Source: Mobula hypostoma
Lineage: Eukaryota
NCBI RefSeq assembly: GCF_963921235.1
Contig: NC_086109.1
Coordinates: forward strand, 4,528,001 to 4,592,000
DNA: 64,000 nt
Reading direction: 5' to 3'
The notes below the pieces were generated by a model. That model was not told the DNA's origin and ran no database searches. It worked only from the letters and a program-made list of their open reading frames with translations. Numbering within the stretch: position 1 is the stretch's first letter; the number at the start of each line of letters is the position of its first letter. This document shows positions 25,075 through 37,900 of this stretch, one piece after another. The translations under genes were made by a program, and so were the position numbers.

Positions 25075-25402
25075 GGTGATCAGTATCTACCAAAGAAGTT
25101 GGAAGGTGCTCCTTCCCCTTTCCGCCAGCTTGCGGGTCACCATTCAGCAAGGTGTAACACCTTCCCAGACCCTGATCAGTGTCACATGAAGCCGTGGATG
25201 GGGTATATCACAAGTCCTGGTTCTGCAACCACTGATGCCAGGCAGAGAATCTCTGAAGAGTATTGATAATGGCTAGGGCCACCCGTCTTGTGAAGACACC
25301 GCCCAGAAGGCGGCAGTAGCAAACTACTTCTGAGGAAAAACTTCACCAAGAACAATCATGGTCAAAGACCACGATTGCCCAATGCTACATAATGATGATG
25401 AT
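25075..25402 (+). mobile_element. SINE-like element with RTE/BovB-related 3' part
   Basis: GAAGGCGGCAGTAGCAAACTACTTCTG..CCAAGAACAATCATGG resembles Bov-A-type segments; (GAT)n tail like the RTE at 1022. Confidence 0.5.
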
Positions 25403-25699
25403 CAGACTTCTAACTCTACACTGACTAACCCTCTTTGAAACAGTACTTTTAAATGATTAAATTTTTCCCCAATCACCGCTGGAAATATAAAACCAAATAC
25501 CTTTTTTTAAAAAAAAATTTGAAGTATATTACTGTGTCCTTTCATCAGCTGCAAGGCGCTGCATCTGATTGGAAAGCGCCTCTTCTTTCTCAGGGTCTCT
25601 TTTCTTGTTTTTTGTCAGACTAAAAAGAACACAAGAACCAAGGGACATGAGAAATCCACCATTCAACCTTTCAAACAAGCTCTGCCAAAAATGATATAG

Positions 25700-27107
25700 G
25701 AATTATAGGCCGGTTAGCCTAACGTCGGTGGTGGGGAAACTGCTGGAGTCAGTTATCAAGGATGTGATAACAGCACATTTGGAAAGCGGTGAAATGATCG
25801 GACAAAGTCAGCATGGATTTGTGAAAGGAAAATCATGTCTGACGAATCTCATAGAATTTTTTGAGGATGTAACTAGTAGAGTGGATAGGGGAGAACCAGT
25901 GGATGTGGTATATTTGGATTTTCAAAAGGCTTTTGACAAGGTCCCACATAGGAGATTAGTGTGCAAACTTAAAGCACACGGTATTGGGGGTAAGGTATTG
26001 GTGTGGGTGGAGAATTGGTTAGCAGACAGGAAGCAAAGAGTGGGAATAAACGGGACCTTTTCAGAATGGCAGGCGGTGACTAGTGGGGTACCGCAAGGCT
26101 CAGTGCTGGGACCCCAGTTGTTTACAATATATATTAATGACTTGGATGAGGGAATTAAATGCAGCATCTCCAAGTTTGCGGATGACACGAAGCTGGGTGG
26201 CAGTGTTAGCAGTGAGGAGGATGCTAAGAGGATGCAGGGTGACTTGGATAGGTTGGGTGAGTGGGCAAACTCATGGCAGATGCAATTTAATGTGGATAAA
26301 TGTGAAGTTATCCACTTTGGTGGCAAAAATAGGAAAACAGATTATTATCTGAATGGTGGCCGATTAGGAAAAGGGGAGGTGCAACGAGACCTGGGTGTCA
26401 TTATACACCAGTCATTGAAAGTGGGCATGCAGGTACAGCAGGCGGTGAAAAAGGCGAACGGTATGCTGGCATTTATAGCGAGAGGATTTGAGTACAGGAG
26501 CAGGGAGGTACTACTGCAGTTGTACAAGGCCTTGGTGAGACCACACCTGGAGTATTGTGTGCAGTTTTGGTCCCCTAATCTGAGGAAAGACATCTTTGCC
26601 ATAGAGGGAGTACAAAGAAGGTTCACCAGATTGATTCCTGGGATGGCAGGTCTTTCATATGAAGAAAGACTGGATGAACTGGGCTTGTACTCGTTGGAAT
26701 TTAGAAGATTGAGGGGGGATCTGATTGAAACGTATAAGATCCTAAAGGGATTGGACAGGCTAGATGCGGGAAGATTGTTCCCGATGTTGGGGAGGTCTAG
26801 AACGAGGGGTCACAGTTTGAGGATAGAGGGGAAGCCTTTTAGGACCGAGGTTAGGAAAAACTTCTTCACACAGAGAGTGGTGAATCTGTGGAATTCTCTG
26901 CCACAGCAAACTGTTGAGGCCAGTTCATTAGCTATGTTTAAAAGGAAGTTAGATATGGCCCTTGTGGCTACAGGGGTCAGGGGGTATGGAGGGAAGGCTG
27001 GGTTCTGAGTTGGATGATCAGCCATGATCATAATAAATGGCAGTGCAGGCTCGAAGGGCCAAATGGCCTACTCCTGCACCTATTTTCTATGTTTCTATGT
27101 TTCTATG
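25700..27107 (+). mobile_element. Young 5'-truncated CR1 LINE with an uninterrupted RT ORF (25728-27008)
   Basis: 426-aa ORF: QHGFVKGKSCLTNL, YLDFQKAFDKVPH, SGVPQGSVLGP, KFADDTKL; (TTTCTATG)3 tail. Confidence 0.95.
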
Positions 27108-27111
27108 TTGT

Positions 27112-27540
27112 CCCAGTGTATATGATGAATAAACTCTTCTTGGGCTTCCTCTTGTCATCTGTTCCTCCTGATTGGTTTGTCCTCATCCAAACAGGTTTCC
27201 CCTGTCCCAACTCGCTTACAATCAAATTACAGTCCTTACTTAGGGCAACACCTTTATCTTTGTTAAAATTATTTTTCTCCAGTTTTACTTCAATAGCTTC
27301 CTTCACCAGGCGGTCCCAAAAGCCATTAGCATGGCACAGTAGTATTGTGCTGCAGTCAACTGTGAATACAGTGTTCCACTACCGTCGATTTCTCTAGCTA
27401 ACCTCCTGTGCTCCTTAATACGGGTTTCTACCGTGTGCCCTGTCTGGCTGATAGACGCTGTTCTGCATTCACAGGAAATCCTATAAACACTCTGTTACTT
27501 GCACACATTACTGCTGAACATTTGCCTCAATGACATTTTC
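27112..27540 (-). mobile_element. Penelope-like element (Poseidon-type GIY-YIG) fragment
   Basis: Minus strand VYRI.CEC...QTGHTVETRIKEH and RLVKEAIEVKLEKNNFNKDKG. Confidence 0.75.
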
Positions 27541-27909
27541 CTATACTGGGAGAGCCGAGGACCAGAGAGCACAGCCTTCGAATACAAGGACTCCTCATCT
27601 CTGTCTCTTTAGGACAGAGATGGAGGAATTTCTTTAGCCAAAGTGGTGAAACTGTGGAATTCATTATCACAGGCACCTGCAGAGGTGAAGTCATTGGTTA
27701 ATACTTAAAATGGAGGCTGATAATTCCTTGATTAGTAAAAGAGCATCGAAGGTTACAGAGAGAATGGGGTTGAGAAGGAAGATCATCAGCCGTGATCAAG
27801 TACAGAGCAGACTAGATGGGTCGAATGGCTTTATTCTGCTCCCGTGTCTTTGATCTTATTTTCCTTGATTCCGTTAATGGGCATTTCGAGCTAACTAAGG
27901 AGGTAGTGT

Positions 27910-28960
27910 CATAGAGTACCACAGTACTTTGGCCCATCTAGCCTGTGACAGCCCGTTTTCTGCCGAGTTCCATCCACCTGCACCTGGACCGCAGCCCTCC
28001 ATGGCTCTCTCATCCATGTATCGACCCAACCTCTCTTCAATGTTGCAACTGAGTTTGGATCCATCATTTCCACTGGCAGCTCACTCCACACTAACACCAC
28101 CCTGAGCGAAGAACTTCCCCCTCAGGTTCCTCTTAAATACTTCACCTTTCACCCTAAAACTATGACCTCTAGCTCTAGCCTCACCCAACCTCAGCATTTA
28201 CCCTCATTCTACCCTTCATACTTTTTGTAAGCCTCTATCTAATCTCCCCTCATTCTTACACTCCGGGAAATAAAGTCCGACTAACCTATTCAACTTTTCC
28301 CTATAACTCATGTGAAGTCCCAGCAACGTTCTTGTAAGTAGCAACATTCTTGTAAATTTTCTCTCAACTCCTTCAGTCCTATTGATATTTTTCCTGTTTT
28401 TCTGAAACTGCACAAAATAATCCAAATTTGGCCTCACCAATATTTTATATAACTTCAACATAACATCCCAAATTCTGCACTCAATACTTTAATTTATAAA
28501 GCCCAATGTGCCATAAAGCTCTCTTTACAGCCCTATGCAGGACTTGAAGAGATTATGGATCTGTATTTCCAGATCCCCCTGTCTTACTGCACAGCTCAGT
28601 GGCTTACCATTCACTGTGCAATGTCTGCCCTGGTTTGTCCTCATCAGGTGCAACACCTCATACTTGTCCGCATTAAGTGCCATCTGCCATCTTTCAGATC
28701 AGTTTTCAAGCTGGCATAGATCCCGCTGCAAGCTTTTAATGACCTTCCTTCCCGTCCACTACACCCGCAATTGTGGCGTTATCGCAAATTTGTTAATTCA
28801 GTTTATCACATCATCTAAATTATTAACATAGTTGATAAACAAGAGGACCTAGAACTGGTTCCTGACATGTTGACCATCCCTAATCACACCTTGTCTTTCC
28901 ATATACTTACATATCCTGTCCCCCAAAATATTTTCCAATAATTTACCCACAACTGACATC
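27910..28960 (-). mobile_element. Degenerate CR1 fragment
   Basis: MLKLYKILVRPNLDY.VQF and a KFA.T motif on minus. Confidence 0.7.
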
Positions 28961-28979
28961 AGGCTCATGGATTGGGTCT

Positions 28980-30325
28980 CTTAAAGAACATTAAGGTGGA
29001 TAAGACCCCTTGCATCTGATGGGATATATCCCAGGGTAGTGAGGCAGGCAAGAGATGAGATTGTTGGGGCCTTGACAAATATCCTCCTGTACTCTCCAAC
29101 CACAGCTGAGGTCCCAGAAGACTGGAAAGTAGCTAATGTTGCTTCATTATTCGAGAAATAGTTATAATCCTGGAAACTATAGACTCACGTTAGTGGTAGG
29201 GAAGTTACTGGAGAGCACTTTTAGAGATAGGATTTGTGAGAATTTGGAAAACCATTGCCTAATTAGGACAAGGTGTTACGAACTTGATAGGGTTTTTGAG
29301 GAGATAACAAGTGATTGATGAAGGTAGAATTGTGGATGCTATTTATATTTTGGTAAGGTGTTTGCACAAGGTCTCTCATGAGAGGCTCATTCAGAATCAG
29401 GATTAATATCACTGGCATATACTGTGATATTTGTTGACTTTGACTATAAATTGCAATAAATAATAATAGCAAAAAACCATCAATTAAAGTGTGTATGCAT
29501 GAATGTTCTTGCATACGAGCTGGATGAAAACACACGTGGGTGGGTATGTAAGTTTGCAAATGATTTGAAGACTGGTTGTGCCGACAGTGTAGAAGACTGT
29601 CAAATGATAGTGGGATATAGATTAGCTACAGATATGGGCAGAGAAATAGCAGATAAATGAGGAGTGTTTCACCTTGGGAGTTTACATTTAATAATGGCAA
29701 GGCCATTATAGAGGAGTAGAGGGATATTGGGTTCATAACTCCCTGAAAGTGGCGACACAGGTTGACAGTGATGAAGAAAGCAGACAGCATGCTTATTTTT
29801 ATTAATCAAGGAATGGAATCAGGAAGTTATGTTGCAGCCTTATTGAACTCATAAGACTGCATCTGGAGTATTGCATTCAGTTCTGGTCACCCCATTATAG
29901 GATGTCGAGGCTTTGGAGAGGGTGCAGAAGAGGCTCACCAGGATGCAGCTTGGATTAGAGGGCATGTACTATCAGGAGAGTTTGGACAAACTTTGGTTGT
30001 TTTCTCTGGAGCAGCGTGGCTGAGGGGAGATCTCATAGTGGGTTATAAGATGATGAAGCAAAGACAGAAAAGATAAGACAGTATCTTTAGCTCAGGGTTA
30101 ACAGCTCTAATACCAGAGGGCATACATTTAAAGTGAGAAGGGGCAAGGGGAAAGGACATGTGCAGGGGGCAATTTTTTTTACCACCCAGATAGTCATACG
30201 TGCCTGGGATGGAGGCGAGGTGAATACAATGGAGGCAATCAAGAAGTTCCAGATCAGCACATGAACATGCAGGAAAGGAAAGAACATGGACATTGTGGAC
30301 AGGAGGGTTTGTTCCTGTGCCTATG
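28980..30325 (+). mobile_element. Degenerate CR1 RT-to-3' fragment
   Basis: DGIYPRV, PEDWKVANV, NPGNYR..LVVGKLLE, HLEYCIQFWSP. Confidence 0.75.
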
Positions 30326-30600
30326 TTAGATGTAACCCAGGGCTCTCTCGTCTCTACTCAAAAGGGAGGTCATTCAGCAGAGAAAATGTTTAACCCAGAG
30401 AGTGGCAGATAACCCAAATGAAAGTCTTTACCCAAGAGGACTGCGGAGTCTCAATCTCCAAACATGCCCATGTCCATCATGTACATATTTGAATATTAGG
30501 AGCCTCATTACCTGCAGAAGATATTCTCAAACTACTCCTTTTTCAAATGGGGTTGCTTAACACAAAGAGAGGGGAGTGGCTTGCACGTCCACTGTAGAAT

Positions 30601-30643
30601 TCACCAAGGACACTGAACATTGTAGTCAGGATTGACTTTGACC
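30601..30643 (-). CDS. CD46: CD46-like cytoplasmic cassette exon (exon 30512-30643), tail (R)VKVNPDYNVQCPW*
   Basis: Acceptor CTCTACAG|GGTC; phase-2 compatible with the TM exon; TGA at 30601-30603; donor CAG|GTAATGAG after 30512; non-repetitive sequence. Confidence 0.75.
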
Positions 30644-30978
30644 CTGTAGAGAATCAGGAGGGTGATGGTGCTGAGCTTTAATATGTCAAATGATGGGAGA
30701 ACACAAGGTCTCATCATAGCTTAAGTTAATTATGTGTGCAAGGTGTCCAGTTATGTTGATCAGAGTGCAGAACTTGTGGACAATCATATCAATTCAAAGA
30801 TTTTTCAAGTATCAAAACAGATTCAGACTCCCAGATCCAATTCTCCTTTAGGTAAATCTGAATGGAATTTTCAGCAGACAATTGTATCATTAAAAAGAGT
30901 GGACTGTGGTGAATTTAGAGCACTAGATAGAATTCAGCATCTAAAAAATAAATCAATAAAATATAAAACACAACTTAC

Positions 30979-31060
30979 CTTCCATGGTTGCAATATCTCC
31001 TGTATATACATCGTATCACGATGGGTATAACAACAACAACAACAACTACAGCAAGTAATG
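30979..31060 (-). CDS. CD46: CD46-like transmembrane exon (A)LLAVVVVVVVIPIVIRCIYRRYCNHG
   Basis: TCTTTTATAG|CA acceptor, AG|GTAAGT donor, 82 nt, phase 1 to 2; hydrophobic run followed by basic residues. Confidence 0.9.
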
Positions 31061-31664
31061 CTATAAAAGAAGATTAAACACAATGTTAGATTGGCATTAT
31101 CAGTAAAGACTTGGACAGACAATTCAACTCTCACCTCAGTAGCTGTGAGAGGTAATTTGAGCTTCTGCCAAGTCTGACAACAAATCATAACTCTCCTGTC
31201 TCTTTGCTTGAAGGGGAACCACCAATTTCTCTCGTTAACCACATTAGCTAAAGTGCCTTGTCCATGAATCTCATTGCAATAGCTATACAGCACAGAAATT
31301 GATCCCCAGCCCCACCTGTCCATACCGACCAAAGTGCCAACCTGAACTAATCCTATTTGCCAAAGTGTGGCCCATAGCAATACAAACCTCTCTCATGTAT
31401 GCACATGTTCAAAGGTAATTGTAGCTGCCTCAGTCAGGTATAATCCTCTAGCAGCTCAGTCTGTATACCCACGGACTTGGCCTTCACTGCAGTCTGTGGC
31501 AGCCCATTCCACAGATTCACTACTCTAGACTAAAAAAAATTTATTCTCCTTACTTCTATTCTAAAAGGTAGCCCCTCAGTTTTGAGGCTAAGACCTCCAT
31601 TGCTGGATACACCCACCAGAGGAAACATCCACCCTATCCAGTCCTTTCAATATTCGATAGGACT

Positions 31665-32160
31665 CAGTGAGAACACCCCCCGCCTCCACACCAGTATTCT
31701 TCTTTAAAACTTAATCCACTCATCTCAAAAGCACGCCCTCTGGTATCAGGCATTTCAACCCTGGGAAAAAGATGCTGACTGGCTACTCCGTCTATGCCTC
31801 TCATAACCTTATAAACTTCTATCAGATCTCCCCTCAACCTCCGCTGCTCTAGAGAAAACAGCCCAAGTTTGTCCAACCTCTCAGTTCAGCTCAAACCCTC
31901 TAATCCAAGCAGCATCCTGGTAAATCTCTTCTTCCCCCTCTTAAACCTCGACATTCTTCCTAAAATCAGGTGTCCAGAACTGTATGCTATACTCCAGAGG
32001 CGGCCTAACAAGAGTTTTCTAAAGCTGCAGCATAACTTCCTGACTTTTGAACTCAATGCCTCAACTAATAAGGGCAAGCATGTCATGTGCCTTCTTAACC
32101 ATCCTTTCAACCTGCACAGCCACTCTCAGAGAGCTATGAACTTGGACCCCAAGATCTTCA
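31665..32160 (-). mobile_element. CR1 3' fragment
   Basis: LGLFSLEQRRLRGDLIEVYKVMRG. Confidence 0.8.
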
Positions 32161-33225
32161 TGTGGTCTCAGAATGTGAACTGTAGAGTACAGCAAAGATG
32201 AGGAGCCTTTGGAGGTGAAGAGATTTACCTGGATTACAGAGTATTAGCTACAAAAGATTGGACACACTTGGATTGCTTTCTCTGGAGTAGCAATGGTTTG
32301 AAGTTTGTAACGATGGTTTTGGGGAGAGAGAAGGGAGTTGGGAGTTAGGCGTCAGGTTAGGGTTTAGACGCCAGATTAAGTTTTGAAACAGGAATGTGGA
32401 GAGGTTAGAGGCCAGGCCTCCACTAGGTGTGAAGGCCAGCAACATGAACATGGGATGAAAGACATTCAGAGTCCAGCAACATGACGGACGACAAAGGATA
32501 TCTGTGGATGTTGGGCTGTCTCAGATCACCAGGACTGGATGTCTATGTGAGTAGAAGGCACAAGGAGGAACAAGGTCAGTTATCAGAATAAAGTACTGAC
32601 ATTTATCACCAGAAATACTCTCATTTACCACTACCCTCCCTTCTTCTAGTCCCCACATTGGCCGCTTACCTCTTCTCACCTGTCTATCACCTATCCCCTT
32701 CTCCTTCCCTTTAGAACATAGAAAATAGAAATTTACAGCACATTACAGGCTCTTTGGCCCACAATGTCGTGCCGACCATATAACCTGTTCTTGAGACTGC
32801 CTAGAATTTCCCTACCACATAATCCTTTCACCTATGGTCCACTCTCCTCTCCTATCAGATCCCTTCCTCTCCATCCCTTTACCTTTCCCACTCTCTTGGC
32901 TTTACCTATCATCTTCCACTCCTCCCCACTTTTTTTATTCTGATATCTTCCCCCTTCTTTTCCAATCCTGATGAAGGGTCTTGGCTCAAAGTGTCAACTA
33001 TTTACTCCTCTCCATCAATGCTGCCTGACCTGCTGAGTTCCCCCACCATTTTGTGTGTGTCGCTCAATTACCACTGTTGCCTTCTTCACAAAAAAACTCT
33101 CATTTATGCCCTTAAAGGATTTCAACTGTCATCATTTTCTGTAAATATTTGTGCATGTTTATGGTCGTCACTAAAAAAATGTACATATAAGATAAAAGCA
33201 TGAATTATTCAATTTTTTGACTTAC

Positions 33226-33264
33226 CACAGAGTACATTTTGATATACAGGGATGGATTTAGGAG
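33226..33264 (-). CDS. CD46: CD46-like 39-nt juxtamembrane exon (S)PKSIPVYQNVLC
   Basis: TTCCTTTACAG|CT acceptor, G|GTAAGT donor, phase 1-1, no stop. Confidence 0.8.
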
Positions 33265-33734
33265 CTGTAAAGGAATAATATTAAGGTTAACATAATAGTC
33301 AAAAAACAGAAAAGTGAAAAATACAAAAAACTGCAGAAGCTGGAAATCTGTAATAAAAAAAATGCAGCCTCTGTGGGAAGAGGATTACAGCTGACATTTC
33401 AGGTCTATGACACGTTGTCAGAATAGAGGGGAGATGCACAGAAACCCAGTCACCCTGACATGCAGGCATAAGGCGTAGAGACCATGTCCAGACAGGCCTG
33501 CAGAGAATTCCCTGCTGCTTTGCATTTGTCCTTTGTGATGTTCTTTTGTCTGTTCAGTCACTGCCTTTCGATTAATGCAATTCCAGCAAGGCAGTGAGAT
33601 GACTGACGATAAAGTATCTTGCAAGGGGATGAAAGATGCTATAAACATGCAGAATTAACCTTGTTAAAAGCACAGAATCGGAAGGGAGGATGCACAGTAG
33701 CAGAGATGAGTGGAAGAGCTTTGGTATGTGAACA

Positions 33735-34305
33735 AAAACATTCAAAAACTTCTATAGATGTACCGTGAAGAGCATTCTAACAGGCTGCATCACTATCTGG
33801 TATTGGAGGGTGGGGGGTGGGGTGGGGCTGCTATTGCACAGGACCGAAAGAAGCTGCAGAGGGTCGTAAATTTAGTTGGCTAGCCTTGTGTATTAGCCTA
33901 CAAAGTACCCAGGACATCTTTATGGAGTGGTGTCTCATTTAGGCAGTGTCCATTATTAAGGACCTCCAGCACCCAGGGCATGCCCTTTTCTCACTGTTAC
34001 CATCAGGAAGGAGGTACAGAAGCCTAAAGGCACACACTCAGCGATTCAGGAACAGCTTCCTCCCCTCTGCCATCTGATTCCTAAATGGACATTAAACCCA
34101 TGAACACTACCTCACATTTTAAAATATATATTATTTCTGTTTTTGCATGAGTTTTAATCCATTCAATATACATATACTATAATTGATCTACTTATTTATT
34201 ATTTTATTTTTTCTTCTTCTATTTTATGTATTGCATTGAACTGCTGCTAATAAGTTAACAAATTTCATGACACACACCAGTGATAATAAACCTGATTCTG
34301 ATTCT
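33735..34305 (+). mobile_element. Rex1/Babar-type LINE 3' end
   Basis: Homologous to 19020-19550; AATAAACCTGATTCTGATTCTGA tail. Confidence 0.8.
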
Positions 34306-34636
34306 GAAGAGCAGGAAGTCAGGGTGTGGAATGTCTTCCTTCCTCATTACTTGCATCCGTTCATAGGAACAAGATAAGCTTGAAGACGCATTTGCAATAT
34401 GTCGAGCTAACTGGCTGGCTCCACTAACTGAACTGGTGGGAAAACTACAAGGGAAATTCAGGGCAAATAATGGTTCAAGGTGGTGGTGCAGGGGGTGTAC
34501 AGGAAGGGGGAGCCGGGTAGTGATGTAGAAGTTGGGGCAGAATAATTAAGACAAATGCCACATATTCAATGTGTTAGGAACAGCTTCTTCCCCACCGACA
34601 TCAAATCTCTGAACGGACAATGACCCATGAACACTA

Positions 34637-37519
34637 CAGTACTGTTCAAAAGTCTTAAGCATGTAAAAAATTCTTTAAAGTGAAGCTGCCTTCAAAAATA
34701 ATGAAATCGAAAAAATTACTACAAAGCGCAGTAAATAGTTTAAAAAACTAAATCAAATCAATACTTGGTGTGACCAACCCTTGCCTTTAAAACTGCATCA
34801 ATTCTCTTCGGTACACTGTTGTGCAGTTTTGTAAGAAAAATCGGCTGGTAGGTTGTCCAAGCATCTTGAAGAACTTGCCGCAGTTCTTCTGCAGACTTTG
34901 GCTGTCTCACTAGGTAATCCCACAGAGCCTTGATGATAGGCCACAAGACACTGGAGCAGTTAGACCATTCAGCCCATCAACTCTGCTCCACCATTTCGTG
35001 ATGACTGATCCATTTCCCTCTCAACCCCACTCTCCAGCCTTCTCTCCATAACCTTTCACACCCTGACTAACCAAAAGCCCATCAACCTCTACCTTAAATA
35101 TACCTAATGGGTTGGCTCCACAGCCACCTGTGGGAACAAATTCCACAAATTCGCCACTCACTGGCTAAAGAAATTCCTTCTCATCGCAACTCTAAATGGC
35201 TGCTGCTCTATTTGGGACTGTGCCTTCTGGTCTAGACTCCCCCACTACGGGAAAAATCCTCTCCACATCCACTCTGTCTAAGCTTTCAACATTCAACAGG
35301 TTTCTGAGAACACCCTCCCGCTCCCCCGCAATTCTTCAAAAATTCCAGTGGGTTCAGGCCCAGAGCTATCAAATGCTCCTCATATGATAACCCTTTCACT
35401 CCCGGAATCATTCTCATGAACCTCCTCTGAACCCTCTTCCATGTCAGCACTTCCTTTCTCAGATAAAGGGCACAAAAACTGCTCACAATACTCCAAGTCG
35501 CCAGTGCCTTATAAAGCCATGGCATACATCATTGTTTTTATATTCTAGTCCATTCAAAATCAATCTAACATTGCATTTGCCCTCCTTACCACCGACTCAA
35601 CCGGCAATTTAACCTTTGGGAAATCCTGTACAAATCCATCTGCAACTCATTTTTGAATTTTCTCAGTTTAGAAAATAGTCTACACTTTTATTCCTTCCAA
35701 AGTCCATAACCTTACACTTCCAGACACTGCATTCCATCTGCCACTTATTTACCCATTCTCCTAATCTATCTAAGTCCTTCTGTAGCCTCTCTGCTTCCTC
35801 AGCATTACCTACCCCTCCACCTATCTTCATATCATCTGCAAATTTCTGTCATTGACATAAAATGTAAAAAGAGGTTCAACACCAATCCCTGCTGAACACC
35901 AGTAGTAACCAGCAGTCAACCAGAACTGGCTCCCTTTATTCCCACCCTTTGCCTTCTGTCAATCAGCCAATGCTCTATCTATGCTTTCCTGTTATACCAT
36001 GGGCTCTTATCTTGTTTTGCAGCCTCATGTGCAGCACCTTATCAAAGGCCCTCTGAAAATCCAAATGCACAACATCCGATTCTCCTGTGTCTACCTTGCT
36101 TGTTATTTCCTTGAAGAAATCCAACAGATTTGTCAGCCAATATTTTCCCTTAAAGAAATTATGCTGACTTTGGCCTATTTTATCATGTCCTTCCAAGTAC
36201 TCCGAAACCTCATCCTTATCATTCGACTCCAACATCTTCCCAACTATTGAGGCAACTATAGGCTAACTAGCCTATAATATCCTTTCTTCTGCCTCCCTCC
36301 CTTCTTGAAGAGTGAAGTAACATTTATAATATTCGATGATGTCGAGATCAGTGCTCTCTGGAGGCTATTACATCTGCTGCAGAACTCCTTGTTCTCCATT
36401 TTGACCTTGGCCTTGTGTTTGGGATTATTGACCCCTGCCGCAAAATGAAGTTAGGACTGATCAGAAGCCTCCCAGATGGATGAGAATCTGCTTGTACTTC
36501 TGAGCATTGAGAATTCCACTAATTCTGACCAGATCATCAACTCTACAGTCCCAAACCTGCAGGGAACCTCCACCATGTTTGACTGTTGGTTGCGGACACT
36601 CCTCCATGCAGTGCTCTCTGGCCCTTCTATGGACAAAACCACCTCCTGCTTGAGCTGAAAATTTCAAATGTTGACTTGTCAGTCCAAAGCACTTGTTGCC
36701 ATTGCTCAGCATCCTAGTCCATGTGTTTTTGTGCATAGGTGAGTCTCTTGGCTTTGTTTCCAGTCAGAGGAATGGCATTTTAGCAGCAACTTTTTCATGA
36801 AGACCACTTCTGACAAGACTTTTCCAGGCTGTAGAGGGGTATACTTGGGTTCAAGTGGTTTCCATGAATTCAGAGCTGATAACAGTACTGGAGATCTTTT
36901 GATTTAGAAGGGACGTCAGTTTGATGCATCTCATTTGTTGGTCTCAGCTTCCACTACATTTCTGGTCCTCAACCTTGTCTGTATCTTTGTGCTTCTTCAA
37001 AAGAGCTTGGACAGCACATCTTGAAAATGCTGTCTGCTTAGAAGAGACCTTGCTCATGCAGGATGACCATTTTGTGTCTTGTGGCTATGCTCACTCTTGC
37101 CATGGTGTAAGAATTTATCATTTGAAGGTTAAATTGTCAAATCTGCCACAACTTCAACATTTAGTTTAGTTGACCTTTGTCCAGTTGGATTCTTTCTATA
37201 CCCATTTATATTTCATTTAATCAGTTTAGTTCATTCAGGTCATTATACCACTGATCATTAGCATCCTGTTTATTATCTTTGTTTAATCATGCACTGGGTT
37301 GTATACCTACAAAACAATCAGGTTTTTATTTGAACAGTCACCTATAACTTAATTTGTTACTTTCGTCCACAACATACAAAAATTTCTCTGTAACATTTAA
37401 TTTTTTGGAAAATGAATCTTCGGAAATCTAAAATTTGTTCTTTTCTACTGACACACTAATGCAGAAGACAAAAAAAATTTACGAAAATCTAGGGTGCATA
37501 ACACTTCTGCACAGTACTG
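34637..37519 (-). mobile_element. Tc1/mariner transposon relic containing a CR1 insertion
   Basis: TIRs CAGTACTGTTCAAAAGTCTT / ACACTTCTGCACAGTACTG, TA on the left; minus-strand PTVKHGGGSLQVW (36461-36736) and SVPKRIDAVLKARVGHTKY* (34758). Confidence 0.85.
34940..36330 (-). mobile_element. CR1 RT-to-3' fragment nested in Tc1
   Basis: IGQSQH.F.KGKYWLTNLL..HLDFQRAFDKV and a CR1 3' region. Confidence 0.8.
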
Positions 37520-37855
37520 TTTACTCTCTAATTTGGTCTCTTCTTAGACTACTTTTTAAAAAATATACAGTATATTTAATATAATTTATAGTACACCTTA
37601 GATATTGGACTACACTGCTGCTACAAATTAAATTTTACAACATGTCAGTGATAATAAGGCTGATCATGATTCTAATCATTTCTCTATTAAATTTAGCAAG
37701 TCATGTCAGAAATACAATGCAAATTGGAAAGGATATAAGAGCTTGTTATGGACTACCATAGGGTGAACAACACACAAGGGCACCAACAAGAAGCCTGTTT
37801 ATCTTCAACGTGAGAAACTCAAGCTTACACCACTAAGTTAATAGATTGTACTTAC

Positions 37856-37900
37856 ACACAGATGTAGGAACAATTCCTGGCATAGTTGCTATGGAGGGGA
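37856..37900 (-). CDS. CD46: CD46-like STP micro-exon 3, (V)PSIATMPGIVPTSV
   Basis: ATCTTCCTAG|TC acceptor, T|GTAAGT donor, 45 nt, phase 1-1, S/T/P-rich. Confidence 0.8.

Noticed and set aside
30934..31380. ORF-track protein with poly-Cys (CCSCCCCCY)
   Set aside because: Alternative-frame reading of the (GTT)n TM exon; splice phases require the Val frame.
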